DNA of 64,000 nucleotides. Source: Octopus vulgaris. Its lineage: Eukaryota. Positions within the stretch are counted from its first letter, which is position 1; each line of letters opens with the position of its first letter. Shown piece by piece: positions 1 through 13,501 of this stretch. Where the stretch lies: contig OX597826.1 of the NCBI GenBank assembly GCA_951406725.2, positions 3,782,001 to 3,846,000 of the forward strand, written 5' to 3'. The translations under genes and the position numbers were made by a program. A model generated the notes under the pieces. The model was not told where the DNA came from. It did no database searches and saw nothing but the letters and a program-made list of their open reading frames with translations.

Positions 1-104
1 TGGGAACTCCCTTTAAAGTAGAAAGAATAGCTAGGATTTTGACTGCTATCTCTAAAACTTCGGTGTGTGGTGAAGCTAATCGTGGCTGAACCCTAATTAT
101 ACAG

Positions 105-163
<59 letters not shown>

Positions 164-292
164 TATATATATACATATATACACACACACACACATATAT
201 ATATATTATATATATACATACATGTACGTGCATACATATAAATATGTATATACATTCATACTAACAAAAGCGCATGCTATCAAATACATGTA

Positions 293-368
<76 letters not shown>

Positions 369-952
369 ACTGTATGTGTGTCTGTTAGTCAGTTTGCTGC
401 CTACTTACTGTTACGTTTGTGGTAAGCCAGCTTTGTAAATTTTGAACATCTCTTTACCCGTGTGAAATGAACATTATCGAAAATAGTCGGCAAATTCTCT
501 CTACCAATCTTTGTTGATCAGCCCACCATAATTTTGAGTGGTAAGTAGATTATTTCACAAGAGAAGTTAAGTTAAATTCTGCTGTCGTGGTCGTCGTCGT
601 TGCATATTTTGTACTCGTCCTTCACGTTGTTGTTGCTGTTGTTGTTGTTGCCGTTGCTTTTCCTGTTTTTGACTTTGATGTTATATCAATTGGCGATATT
701 TCTGATTTTGTTTTCTTTCGGATGTAGTTGCACTTATCACGGCGGCTCTCGGCGTTTGTGTTGTTGCGGCTGTTACTGTACTAGCTTTTGTTGTTATTAT
801 TATTATTGTGTCAACAGTTGCTTGTGTTGTTGTTGTTGTAGTTGTTGTTATTTAACCGAAGGTCAACTCTTTGTGAACAGACCAATGATCAAAAGTATTT
901 CAGCTTTCTGTCAGGCAGCTCTTTGCCAGGACGACATTATTCAAATACGTCA

Positions 953-1120
953 ACGTGGCGAGTTGGCTGAAACGTTAGAGCGCCGGACGAAATACCACGT
1001 GTTATTTGCCCCTATAATTTATTTTCTGAGTTCAAATACCACTGTGGAAAATGTTGTCATTTGTTTCTCCAGGGCCGATAAAATAAAGTAACAATGTAGC
1101 TGAGGTGTACGTAATCAACC
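953..1120 (+). mobile_element. Diverged SINE, family A (tRNA-like head, GGCGAGYTGGCWGAAACGTTAG ... GAGTTCAAAT)
   Basis: Aligns by eye to the better-preserved copies at 42952-43184 and 49551-49780. Confidence 0.65.
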
Positions 1121-1164
1121 CACCCCCACCTCTCCTTACCGTTTTGTCTAAATAAGGATGCAAT

Positions 1165-1426
1165 TAGGATAAAGGTCCTCTGTGAGTCAGATAGACTCAT
1201 TGGGCAGGTTTTCCGGTTTCCGTGGCGTATAAATCCTCCCCCACACACACTTGGACGGGAAGCCGGTCCGTCGCAGGATTACACCTTTCTATCAACCGAT
1301 TGGAATGGTACAACGTGAAATGAAGTGCTTTGCTCAAGTACGCAACTCGTCCTCCCGATCGAGGAATCGAAACCTACATCTTACGATCATGAGACCAACG
1401 CCCAAACCGCTAAGCCACCTGTGTCT
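1165..1426 (-). mobile_element. tRNA-derived SINE with head type 2 and V-SINE-like tail
   Basis: Minus strand reads GGTGGCTTAGCGGTTTGG (A-box-like) ... GGTTTCGATTCC (B box), then GTACTTGAGCAAAGCACTT, then CCTGCGACGGACCGGCTTCCCGTCCA. The same tail occurs on the SINE at 50480-50778. Confidence 0.75.
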
Positions 1427-2084
1427 GAATAAGAAACTATAATTATATTACGGTTCTTTGTACCCTCAACTCAAATCCCAACTTGTTCAATTTTGGTCTT
1501 CGTGTTTTCGAGGTCACCCAAATAAAATATCAGTCCGCTAATGGACTTGATTCTCTCTCTTTCTTTTCTCTTTCTCTCTCTCTTTTTCTCTCTCATTCTC
1601 TTTCTCTCTCTCTCCCTCGCTCTTGCTCTCCCTCTTTCTGTTTCTATTAGTCATTCATTGACACAAGAATTTCAAATTACCAATCTGCTCACTCTGTGTC
1701 ACTGATGCGACCTGGAAATTAAGTAAATGTGACACACGGCTGAGGAATACTCTGCCTCATGCACATTACCTTCACGTGTATACAGTGAATTAGTCACACC
1801 AATAAATGCTTCTCTTGGTATCCAATGAAGCCGCCACAGATGAATGTTAACAGTCTGCAAAGATGTCAATGGTGAGCAATTTAAGCGAAAATTATTTCCT
1901 CCTTATATAATGTTCTGTGACTATGTACACTTTCCTCTCATAGGTTTGCTATTATCTGGCGCCGCATTTTTTCCTTGTTGCCTTTGTTGTTAATTAACAC
2001 AAGGTCACTGCTGCTGCTGTTGCTTAAGTTGTTGTTGTTGCTGCTGTTACTGCCATTGGGGCTACTACTACTGTTGTTGTTGTT

Positions 2085-2600
2085 GTTGTTGGTTAAACGT
2101 TGCTCGATCGAGTAGAAACGAGATAATAAATGTTAAGAAACTTTTGATCTGAAACAATATCATGAAATATGTTCTTCCGTATTTTTAAGACCGTATATTT
2201 ATATACGAAATAGTTTTGTTGCTATTTCCAGGAGGTCGAGAATGAAAGAGCACAACAGAGATGCTTCCTTGTATGCTGTTGTTGCTGCTCCTGTGATTGC
2301 CGCAAGCTTTTTTTTTATTGTTAATCTTTTGGTCTTCCTTCCATAGGTGAAGATATTACTCCATAATGTAAATGTCTGCGTCTTTCTTGTTTAACCCCGG
2401 GTTAAGGGTGAGCGACAAGGCCCTGATCAAAGTCATGGTAGCTGTAGTCGTCACTTACTTTTTTCTCTTTTCAGATACACTTTGTTCAATATGAAAATAT
2501 CTACGCAGTCCTTTTAAAATACTTTTGAGTTGTGATTTTTTACGCAGGTTTTGACGGTTATTTCTTGTAAATCATGCAACCAGGGCTAGGGTTCCGCTTA
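2085..2600. repeat. Old dispersed repeat family (GTTGTTGTTTAACC... and TTTGGYTGCTATTTCYAG motifs), two degenerate copies
   Basis: The same motifs recur at ~840-915, 9995-10330, 11520-11585, 32700, 54535 and 56575. Highly diverged; boundaries approximate. Confidence 0.4.
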
Positions 2601-2863
2601 AACAAGGGCTCAATAGTTGTGACATGCGTCTAATCACAAGAAGAAGAAGGAGAAAAATGACGAAGAAAAGGAAGAAGAAGTACAACAACAGAGGCTAAAA
2701 GAAGGACTATGAAGAGAAAGAAGATGGACATCTGTAAACACCACTAGTGGTAGCATCAATAGCAACAGCAGACGTGCAAAACAAAAAACTACAAGGCTAC
2801 CGTCACCGTCAATATCAGCATCACCGCTAATATTATATAGGCCAACGAGACAACAAATCACAG

Positions 2864-2903
<40 letters not shown>

Positions 2904-2977
2904 CACCGTCGTCGGCGTCGTCGCAATACTTGTCATGATCATCATCATCACGTTGATCATCTGCAACAGCAGCAAGT

Positions 2978-3360
2978 GGAGGCGTAATGGCCCAATGGTT
3001 AGGGCAGCGGACTCGCAGTCGGAGGATCGCGGTTTCGATTCCTAGACTGGACGCTGTGTGTGTTTATTGAACGAAAACACCTAAAGCTCCACGAGCTCTG
3101 GCAGAGGGGGGGGGAGGCGACCCCTGTTGTACTCTTTCGCTCCAACTTTCTCTCCCTCTTTCTTCTTGTTTCTTATCCCCGACTTCCTACGCAACCGCTG
3201 AGCCTGGATGCGCATTCATCCATCCGTCGATGCTCTCGGTGTCGAGGGTTGACCTGTTTTCTCTTCTGCGGGTCTTACGAATAGCAAAGGACCACGTTTC
3301 GGACTTCTCTCACGCTGAGACGAAGACCGCTTCGCTCAACAAACAAACAAACAAACAAAA
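2978..3360 (+). mobile_element. tRNA-derived SINE, family B, with (CAAA)n tail
   Basis: GGAGGCGTAATGGCCCAATGGTTAGG A box, GGTTTCGATTCC B box. Body shared with 50480-50778 and 63178-63497; ends in AACAAACAAAC. Confidence 0.85.
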
Positions 3361-3517
3361 GCAACAGCAGCAACCTATCATTACCGCTTCCGCCATTTTC
3401 TATAGTATGGGGTCGACTTGTGTATTATGATGGAAATTGCTGAAGACTGACGAATGGGTTGCACTGAATGACGCTGAATCTTTTTCAGAATTATATTCAG
3501 GATATACGTCTCTGAGT

Positions 3518-3840
3518 GAAGGCACGTGGCCCAGTGATTAGGTTACTTCGCTGACGATCGTAAGGGCGTGAGTTCAATTCCCGGCGACGCGTTTTGTCCT
3601 TGAGCAAGACACTTTATCTTACATTATTCTAATATACTCAGATAGCAAAAATGAGTTGTACCTGTAATTCCAAGGGCCGGCCTTGTCACACTCTGTTTCA
3701 CGCTAAATCTCCCTGAGAACTATATTACGAGTACATGTACCTATCTAGTGCTCAACCACTTACACGTTAAGTTCACGCGCAGGCTTTTCTGTTGATCAGA
3801 TCAACTGGAAACCTCGTAGCCGTAACCGACGGTGTCCGAG
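3518..3840 (+). mobile_element. tRNA-derived SINE, head type 2
   Basis: TGGCCCAGTGATTAGG A box, GAGTTCAATTCC B box, GTCCTTGAGCAAGACACTT core shared with 1165-1426. Confidence 0.75.
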
Positions 3841-5430
3841 AGTGTCAGCTGAACGCTCAACTACTTACATCTTAATCAAATAATCGCGTAATTCAATGAA
3901 TGCGGACAACTGAATTGTTACTATTCAACAACTGAGATCCACATATCCTGAAGGTGTTTCGAGAAATCTTTTTCTAGTCATTCCCAACACACACTTCTCA
4001 CTAAGATATTGTCTCTTCTCATTCACCATATCTGGTTATCTCAATTTCCAGATCTTTATATTTCGCTAGATTAGGCAATTCGTTATTTCGTCTGTTAAAA
4101 TTGATACATCAATTAGGAGACACTTCTTTCTCTAGTGGTCTTTGACAGCACAATACAGTTGACTGCTTTTAATCTTTCTGTCTATTTGAATTAGCATGTC
4201 CTCATATATAGTAGTTTTGTCATATTTTTGGACCGTCTTCGTTGTAATCATCGATCATCTATATATATTTATATGAGTATTTAATAATGCCGGTATTATC
4301 ATCAGAATATAAAAGAATCAGCTACATCATATTTCTGTTTCTATACTCATTTTTCACAGAGCCTGAGCAGTCAAAATCAATGTGATTAATTATTTCATTA
4401 CATTTGCAACGCATAATCTGTTGGTAGTTTCTATATTCTGTCTCATTAAAAACATTTTGTTAATTTCTGTTCCATAATTAACACTATTTTTAATTTATTA
4501 ATATGCACATCTATTCATAACACTTCCCTGCAAACTTACAAACTGATAATACTTTCTCAGGGTGGAATTTGGTCCCAGATAACGTCTTATCACAATAGAC
4601 GATGTCCGCAGATACAAAACTTGCGCCAAATGGTGTTAGTAGATTATTACTGACAGCTGTTTCTACGCGATTGAGCTTTCGTCTGTGAAGACAAGAATTC
4701 TCCATTTTACAGAAAGGTGGGAACAACTGTTTCTGCCTCCAAAGATAAGCAAGCAATTTTTTGGCTGATACATGTGAAGACTTGCCAACCGGATTATTCA
4801 GTCAACTGTCCATCCATTCTTAAGATGAGCTTGCACAGGCAAACGTAAATCACAGTTTATGATGCTGGAGTGAAATGTGCAAGAGATAAAGAGAGGTGGT
4901 GGTGGTGTGTAATGCTTCCTAGCAGCTATATACATATACAGACGGTGTAAGTTTACAATATATCATTTACATTTTGAATAGTTATATACAGTGACTCTTG
5001 CAAGCGATGATAGCACCTGTAGACTCACTCACAGACTCATATAGCCGATGTCGCAAATCGCAAAGGGGCGTATTAAAAATGGTTAATAGACACTGATATT
5101 CTATATATCGTTGAAGGGAGACTGGGTCGCAATTGTGTTGCTGGACACACGTCACTGAGAAAACATTCGTAAGGAAAAATCACGAGATCTAGCAGTTCCG
5201 ACTCCGGTGGTGGGTATCCTCGTCTATTAAAGATACCATTACCTGTGCTGTATACACAAGTCCTTATGAGACATCCACTCAAGGTAAAAACTGTGCTCCA
5301 ATACAACCTCCATCTTAAGCTAGATATCAAGATTTCTCTTTATTATTAATACTGTTTCTGTCGTAATTAAGTGTGTGTGTGTGTGTTTGTCTGTGTGTTT
5401 TCAGATATATATTTAAATGCAGGAACACAC

Positions 5431-5472
<42 letters not shown>

Positions 5473-5473
5473 A

Positions 5474-5541
<68 letters not shown>

Positions 5542-5697
5542 TGTATGTATGTATGTATGTATGTATGTATATAAAGACTATATATATATCAAGAGTATTT
5601 ACGTATGTATATATACATCCACCAGTGCAGTTTTGAACACTCACTCTCAGTGTTCGATATTAGTGTATCTATCTATCTAGTTATCTATCTATCTATC

Positions 5698-6216
5698 TGG
5701 GCCGGGACCTATGGACAACTTCCAGAGATCCCTGGACAAGCGCTACCCGTTCGGGATAAGATCTATAGGCATGGCTCGAGAAACACGGGGCCGACCTGCC
5801 CGAGATGCGGGCAGAGCGATGAAACCGTTCTGCACGCAATCGTGCAGTGTCCAACAATCTCCGACCTGTGGGCTTATGTCAAACGACTGCTGTCACGTGT
5901 GGGACGTGTCGGTTTATCAGCCGAGTCTATCGTTGATATCGTCACGCCTCCTTCCTTCAAACGGGAAGGAAGAGCTATTTTTATCATCCTTGTGGCTATG
6001 GCGAAAGAATGTATCTGGTGGACGCGCCTGAAAGGATTAGAGACAAACAATTTCCTCTCTGGTCAATCTCTCATCAACTTTTTCAAGTATCACTTGAGAG
6101 GAAAGTGAGAGTAGAGAGGCAAGTTTTGTCTAGTGAATGTTTTTAAAAAAAGATGGGTGAATGTAGCAAGGATGGCACGTATGAATGACGAAGCCACCTT
6201 GACTATGATTCTATGA
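5698..6216 (+). mobile_element. 5'-truncated Tx1/L1-group non-LTR retrotransposon, ORF2 C-terminus with zf-RVT-like zinc knuckle
   Basis: ALPVRDKIYRHG...CPRCGQSDETVLHAIVQCP..LW...AKECIWWTR; a frameshifted continuation VRVERQVLSSECF/KKRWVNVARM ends at TGA 6214-6216. Begins directly after a (TCTA)n tract. Confidence 0.85.
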
Positions 6217-6300
6217 ACCGTAAAAATTAATACAGAGAGTTGCTTATTTGTAAACAACAACAACATCGAAAAACACCTACGGAATGAGAAATTTCCCCAA

Positions 6301-6345
6301 GACACCTGATGAAGGCTGGAGGGTATACAGCCGAAACGTTGTGTT
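6301..6345 (+). ncRNA. Minimal type I hammerhead ribozyme motif
   Basis: GACAC | CTGATGA | A | GGCTG-loop-CAGCC | GAAA | CG | T T | GTGTT. Both core boxes intact, 5-bp helix II, 5-bp helix I, palindromic ACGT helix III. Confidence 0.7.
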
Positions 6346-7569
6346 AACAACGAACAAGATGAGGACAAATATTCGTCAAATGTAAATAATGTAAATAATG
6401 TATAGCCACAGTCTATCAAGAGTAACGAGCAAACGTGAAAGAGAGTATAACAACAAAAGCGTTTCTGGAAATGCGGAGATTCATTGAATAAATTTTGACT
6501 TAGTGAAGGAAAATCGAAATTGGTTTCTGGATTTAATGGGGAATATGGATCGGATAGATTTGTCTTGTTATTTACAACTAAATATAGAAATATACCATCT
6601 AAGATATTTTTTATGAGGAGGGATATATTTAGGCGAGGGAACAACCCTGCCAGAGCCTACTTTCAACGTTATTGGAAATATCTACGATAGTGGAGGTGAT
6701 GGTGTTGATGGTGTTTTGTATTTTGTTGCTATTCGTGGAGAAATTTCGTTTTATTCTTGCTTTGTCAACATATTTGCCAATGTACACGTATCTATATATC
6801 GCCATTTATACATCAATGAATGTGTATTTGTGAGCTTATATCTTTGGGCATGCGTGTTTGTGTGTCCTTGTGTGTGCGAGTATTTCTGAGATAGATTTAT
6901 CTAGAGGTGTGGCGAAATCTATAGAAGCAGAATGCAGATCACACATGAGAGGAGAAATTCGCGCCTTCCCTCAACGAAAATAAACATAACCTATGTTCTT
7001 AAAAACCTTCCTCTTGAAGTCGAAGTGCTTCGTTCCTGATATTGTTGTAACCTGAAAAAGCCATTATGGCAAATGAAGAACGAAAGACAAGAAGCACAGA
7101 ATAACGAAATAAGGGAAGTAAGAATAACAACAACGTGGAAGAAGGGAAAAAAACAGAGACCTCCTCACAAAAAAAAAGATAAATGGGAGAGAGAGAGACG
7201 CTGAATATATATCCAGAATAAATAAATAGGTATATAAATAAATTATATCGCTCAGGAAGCTGAACGAGAGGAAAAAAATAAAAGGACAATGAAATATAGC
7301 TAGTTAGAAACGGAGAAGAACAAAAAGGAAGATGTACAGACGAAGAAGAGAGAAAAAAACGGTAAAAAGGAGTGAGGCGTAAAAGGCTGGGGAAGTATAA
7401 TACGAAAATAAAACGGGAGAAGGAGAGGAAGGCCAAAGAATAGCGCCAGGAAGAAAAAATGGTCTAGATTAATGAATGAAAATTTGGTGTAATAATAAAT
7501 GAGTTATATATTAGATATAAATATATGTGTGTGCTCCTGTGTTTGTGTGTTCGCGTGCGTTTGTTAGTT

Positions 7570-7570
7570 T

Positions 7571-7617
<47 letters not shown>

Positions 7618-7729
7618 TATAGAAAGAGAAATAGATAGATAGATAGATAGATAGATAGTTAGTTAGATAGATAGAAAGAAAGAGAGAGAGAGGTAGATAG
7701 ATAGAAAGAGAACTAGATAGAAAGAGAAC

Positions 7730-7761
<32 letters not shown>

Positions 7762-7762
7762 G

Positions 7763-7824
<62 letters not shown>

Positions 7825-7880
7825 AGAGATAGCTACACAGACAGACAGATAGATAGATAAATAAATAAATAGATAGATAC
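7570..7880. repeat. (TAGA)n compound microsatellite
   Basis: Direct inspection. Confidence 0.95.
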
Positions 7881-8369
7881 AAACATACATACGTAGAACA
7901 TTGAGTTAGTTATGCAGTGGCATGACCATGTGGTTCAGAGATCCGCGTAGTTTCTAGTACTCTCGGGGACACTTTGTTAATTACTACTACATACGATCTA
8001 GGTCAAGAAATGCAGTGTGTGTGTGAAACATGAATGGAGACTATACAGAAGCCCACAAATATATATATACGTGTGTGTTTTTGTGTGAGTGAGTGTGCGT
8101 GCATGTTTTTGTGTTGACGCACACAAATATGTACGTGTATGAATGTTTGTATATACATGGATATATGTGCTCATATATATATGTACATATATTATGTATA
8201 TATGTATATATATATATATGTGTATGTGTGTGTGTGCTCATATATATATATATGTACATATATATATATATATATATACATATATATAATAAATATTAGG
8301 GAATAAATCCAAATTTACAGGGAAAAAAAATCAGATTTTATATATATATATATACATAGATGCATACCT

Positions 8370-8400
<31 letters not shown>

Positions 8401-8419
8401 CTCACACACACACACACAC

Positions 8420-8455
8420 ATTACCAAGGCATCTCGGCGTTGCCCGGCGTTATGA
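8420..8455 (-). mobile_element. Helitron-like 3' terminal hairpin remnant
   Basis: Minus strand CCGGGCAACGCCGAG resembles the CCTGAGCAACGCCGGG hairpin at 63924-63939. The CTAG terminus is degenerate. Confidence 0.4.
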
Positions 8456-9308
8456 CTTACAGCCGCATAGTATTAATTGTTCCTTTCATATGGGCAGAAT
8501 CAGCACAGCTGATATATAGTGTGTCGCAAACTATGTATTGCTTCGTCGTATAAAAGTGTTTTATTTCGATTTTGCCCAGAAATCACGTTTTCAAAATTTT
8601 AATTTCCTCCCGTCCTCACCGCAATTTCTTAATTTGTAACTTCTTCGATATTTTTTTATCCTTTAGAAAATTACAGAGTTTGCGAATCTGGGAAATATAT
8701 TTTTTTTAAAGTTTAATTTTTACTCAATGCCCTCGCCCTCCCATCATCTACCTGCTTTGAAAAAGCTAAAATCATCCAATGGTCCACTTTCGTCTGATGT
8801 TTCACGCATGCGTAGAATTGTACGGAAATAGTCGACGTAAAAATATCAGCCCACCGCCAGAAAATCCGTCATGCTAGAAACAACAGGGGAATCTAGTTTC
8901 CATTATAATTGAATGTGGACTGTCTTGTAAAGGTTTGCTCTCTTAGATTTTTATCTTTTAAGAAATAAATTTGAGTAAACCTTTACAAGACACCAGTTTA
9001 AAAAAGAAAAGACGCCAGCGTAAAAGAGCAGCAGTACTAAAGGAATGGTGAGAGAAACAGCAAAGTAAAGTCAATGAACAATATTGTAGACATGTGTAGG
9101 TGTAGAAAATTAGCATATTTTACAGAGTTAATTACTGAAATTAGTCATACTTTTAGTTGGTATGTCTAGTATCTTATCAATTCGGTTATCAGAAAATTCC
9201 GCGATAGAAATTATAAACAGGAAGCAAAACATGAAAAAGGAATTAAAACTTATGTGGAAAATCCAGCCTTAATAAATAAATAAATAAAAGAATAAAAGAG
9301 AAGTAGTA

Positions 9309-9384
<76 letters not shown>

Positions 9385-9559
9385 ATACTGAAAGAATTAT
9401 GGCATTTGTTTAAAAAAAGAGAAAGACAATGAATAAATAAAAATGTAAATATACAGGAAACCAATGAAGAAAATGAAAAGGAAAAAGAAGGAACTGAAGG
9501 AAGTCAGAAAGACAAGCAGAGATAAAGAGCAAAGCAAGAAAAGAAAGTAGTGTCTTATA

Positions 9560-9908
9560 TCAAAGTGTTTGTACTGCGGCCATGCTGGGGCATCACGTCG
9601 ATAAATTTAGTGGAGCAAATCGATCGTAATACATATTTTTTCCGTCAAGTATTTATTTTTGTTCTCTTCGATCGAGTTACAAGGTTATAAACAAAACAAA
9701 ACGTATCAAGTGATCATGGGATACAAAGAGAAATATGAATACACACACACACACATACTCAAACATATTAACGACAAGCTTCCACGTAGTTTCCATCGAC
9801 CCAATTTACTAACAAATCCATTGTTCAGCACATGGCTATAGTAAAAGATACATACAGAATGTTGCATTGTGTGAAGGTTACGAAGCGAACTTCTTAGCCA
9901 TACAGCCT
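9560..9908 (-). mobile_element. Degenerate SINE, family C
   Basis: ACTGCGGCCATGCTGGGGCA, CAAGCTTCCACGTAGTTTCC and GGCTATAGTAAAAGATAC motifs match family C in reverse. Confidence 0.55.
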
Positions 9909-10054
9909 TTGCGGAAGTATTATTTTTGAAATAATAACGGTTAAATTGTTAATCATAAGCAATTTCTAAGAAATTGATTTAAGTATTGTAGTTCTTGTTG
10001 TTTAGCCTCGAGTGATCTTTGATTAAATAGATCACCATCGGAAGACACTTAAGT

Positions 10055-10326
10055 CAGGACCATCGTCTCCTGGTAGCAGCAATATCTAATATGTTCTTCC
10101 ATTTTGAAAATAATAATACGTTATTTGAATAAAATTTGGCATTATATCTAGCATGGCTATCGACTACGCCATGGTAGCCTCGTAGATACTGAGACGGTGA
10201 CGGAAGACCGCCGTCTCCACTTGCCTATTTTGAAAATAATAAGTTATTTGACTGAAATTTGGTATTATATCTATCATGTCTATCGACTACACCATGGTGG
10301 TCTCGTAGATACTGAGATGGTAACGG
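10055..10326. repeat. Diverged tandem duplication (two units of ~125-150 bp)
   Basis: TTTTGAAAATAATAA...TATCGACTACRCCATGGT...CTCGTAGATACTGAGAYGGT occurs at ~10102-10203 and ~10228-10326. Confidence 0.85.
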
Positions 10327-12019
10327 CTAGATCGATTAGTTTTTTTCTGTTGATGCTTATATGGAACCTGATGCATTTGTTGTAGGGGTTTGTTGCAAAG
10401 TATCCTTGGATGATAAAGATATCTGTTCAAAAGCATTCCTGTCGTTATCATCTCGTCTATTTCTCTACGTGCAGAAAACCCTTTCCAGTCTGGAACTAAT
10501 CAATCGCATGCTCATGGAGATCTATGACTGGTAACCATATGATCCAGTACTAATTAATACTAACTGCTCGTCATCGAGTGTTCGGCAACGAAACTAGGAT
10601 CTGATGCCTTACACTAGTAATGTAGATGTTTAAGCATACAGCTGCACTGCAAAACAAAACCTGTCAAAAGATGATGAGGACCATGGAAGCTAGAACCAAC
10701 CTTATCGGGGAATGTAGGTCGTTATATTCATGATCTCTAGACCGAAAAATTATTTAAGTGCGCTAATATTTAAATCTATACTAAACAGTGAAGGCCTAGA
10801 GCTCATAGGTCTAAGAGGAGGGGTTAGATTCAGGAACCCTAATGGCAGAAATCTTTGTAACATTGTGTTAAATTCACTCCTTAGATAGATATAATCAGAA
10901 ATTTCATCGGGTCTTACTGATGATACTGATATATGCCAACCTGCATTGTGCTAGTGAGCATTTGATGTTCTTTGATATACATTCATCTCCGGAAATCTGG
11001 CATAGCTTGAATGGCTGGTAACGTATAACTAATTATATATTAAACATGCAACATAATCACTTGATTGAACGACAAAACCGAATTCGATTTGGACACAGAG
11101 TCATATTAACAAACAGTTACCGAAAGAGCGAGGAATCTTCTACGTGGTCACCGAAACCGATACAAATAGATGATTAATAACTATAAATTAAAACTATACC
11201 ATTTTAAATGGCCATGTAGGGTAATGTAGTAATGGGTTACCTGCGCATATGGAAAATAAGAGATAAACAGGACTACAAGATGGGGGCACTTTACCTAGTT
11301 ATTCGGATGTTACATTCACGATCCTAAGATCATGTCTTCAATTCCCGATCCATGCGATGCTATGTTCTAGTTCAATCAACACTAAATGTGTAACCCTGCA
11401 ATGGTTTGGTGCTCCGCTCGGAGTGGGGTTGTTGTGATGATCATGGTCGTTTATGCTCCATAGGAATAACGTACAACAACGAGGCTTAAGAATCGAACCA
11501 GTACACTTTATTTTACTCGACTAGATGATCCTCCTGAAATAAGCTTGCTTAGTCAGAGATTGTCTGGGGGTTAAACAACAACAATATCGATAAACATAAC
11601 GACAACAACAAAATCCATGAGAGAACAAAGAAAATCTTTTAGGCCATGAAAATGATACGAAGTGGGTTAACGAATTTGAAAACCCTACCAAAAATTAAGG
11701 AGTGTGGCTATAAATACGTATATAAATCACACGCATGACGAAGTTTTATAGTTGCTGTCATACTTGCAAGGCAATTATTAGTAAGGAGAAATTTGTAAAA
11801 GGACGATTAGGGACATAAAAGATATTCGGAAGTAGAAGAAAATGTAAGAATGAAAACGTTGATGTGTAAAGAGACAAAGATATTCCTGTTTTATATGTAT
11901 CAATGCTGGCTACTACATACCTGGCCACACAAGTGGAATGCCTACTCCACATTTATGACTTGGAGACAATCAAATCGTATGAACAACAAAAACAACGCCT
12001 ACAGCAACAGCATCATCCA

Positions 12020-12190
12020 GATGATGATGATGATGATGATGAAGGAGGAGGAGGAGGAGGAGGAGGAGGAGGAGAAGGAGGAGGAGGAGAAGAAGAAGAA
12101 GAAGAAGAAGAAGAAGAAGAAGAAGAAGAAGAAGAAGAAGAAGAAGAAGAAGAAGAAGAAGAAGAAACTATGATAATGATAATAATGATA
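12020..12190. repeat. (GAT)n-(GAG)n-(GAA)n compound trinucleotide microsatellite
   Basis: Direct inspection. Confidence 0.95.
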
Positions 12191-12355
12191 AAGATAATTT
12201 TTTTCATTTATTGGCCACCAGGACATATCGGCGGAGGTGTTGCTGAGAAGTACGTGAATTGGACCTACCCATATTGTTATTCTTACTTGCCAGAATAAAA
12301 AAAGTCACTTCATGCACAAAACGATGCATATATACGTTCATACATACTTAGCTTG

Positions 12356-12429
12356 TTTCTGATGACGGAATGCCCATTGTACGGACATGCTAGCCTATCA
12401 CTTGGGATATTCCAGAAACAGCTGTAAGA
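12356..12429 (+). ncRNA. Hammerhead-like motif with long helix II (Penelope pseudo-LTR type)
   Basis: CTGATGA 12359-12365; GGAAT/ATTCC and CCCA/TGGG helix II; GAAA 12415-12418; palindromic ACAGCTGT helix III; UA cleavage dinucleotide. Helix I is weak (TTT/AGA). Confidence 0.55.
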
Positions 12430-12807
12430 TTCAAATTCACCTTACATAATTAGACTTTTCTAAATGAATTAAGATAGCCGTCCTGCATTGGTTATATATA
12501 TATATATATATATATATATAAGCAAAATAATTGAGATTCAGATGAATTAGGTAGTTTAGTTGAAACATCAAAATTTAGTGCGATATTATCCGTACAACTT
12601 CAAAAAAGGTGGAAAGAAGTCAAATGTATATATAAGTGTGTATACAAATATGTCCAACTGATTTAAAAAATTTTATTTAACTATTTGTTTAGCTGAGGAT
12701 AGCTCTGCATTTACACTGATGTAATGATTGCATTGTTCATTTAAATGGAGCCGCTTGAAACAGTCGTGCCTGCATCACCCCTGAATATCCTATTGCTTAT
12801 TTTGATT

Positions 12808-12855
<48 letters not shown>

Positions 12856-13016
12856 CGTGTGTGTGTGTGCATGTATGTATAATTGTATGTTTGTATTTGT
12901 ATATATGTATGTTTGTATTTGTATACATATATATATATATATATATATGAACACACAGTCCCCCCCACACATATATATATATATATACACGCCTTTATAT
13001 GACTTTAAAACATATA

Positions 13017-13178
13017 GGCGCATGAATGGCTGTGTGGTAAGTAACGTGCTTACCAACCGCATGGTTCCGCGTTCATTCTTACTGCGTGGCACCTTGGGCA
13101 AGTGTTTTCTACTATAGCCTCGGGCAGACCAAATAGTTCTTAGTGGAAATGGTAGACGGAAACTGAAAGAAGCCTGTC

Positions 13179-13270
<92 letters not shown>

Positions 13271-13501
13271 GTGCGAGTGTGTGTGTGCGTGTGTATGTTT
13301 GTGTGTCTGTGTTTGTTCCCCCAACATCGCTTGACAACCGATGGTGGTGTGTTTACCACCCCGTAACTTAGCTGTTCGGCAAAAGCGACCGATAGAATAT
13401 GTACTAGGCTTCAAAAAAAAATATGTCCTGGTGTCAATTTTCTCGACTAAAGGCGCTGCTCAAGCATGGCCGCAGTCAAATCCCGAAACGAGTAAAAGAG
13501 T
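13017..13501 (+). mobile_element. Full-length SINE, family C, with internal (TA)n(TG)n microsatellite
   Basis: TGGCTGTGTGGTAAG head, CACCTTGGGCAAGTGT core, internal microsatellite, GAGTAAAAGAG tail. About ten related copies in the window. Confidence 0.9.

Noticed and set aside
2978-3075. tRNA gene calls for SINE heads (also 3518, 50700, 63178)
   Set aside because: A and B boxes are present, but there is no complete cloverleaf or acceptor stem and each continues into a repeated SINE body.
4511-5330. Two short minus-strand ORFs in unique sequence as possible host exons
   Set aside because: No recognisable motif, and stops close upstream in frame; cannot be supported without RNA data.
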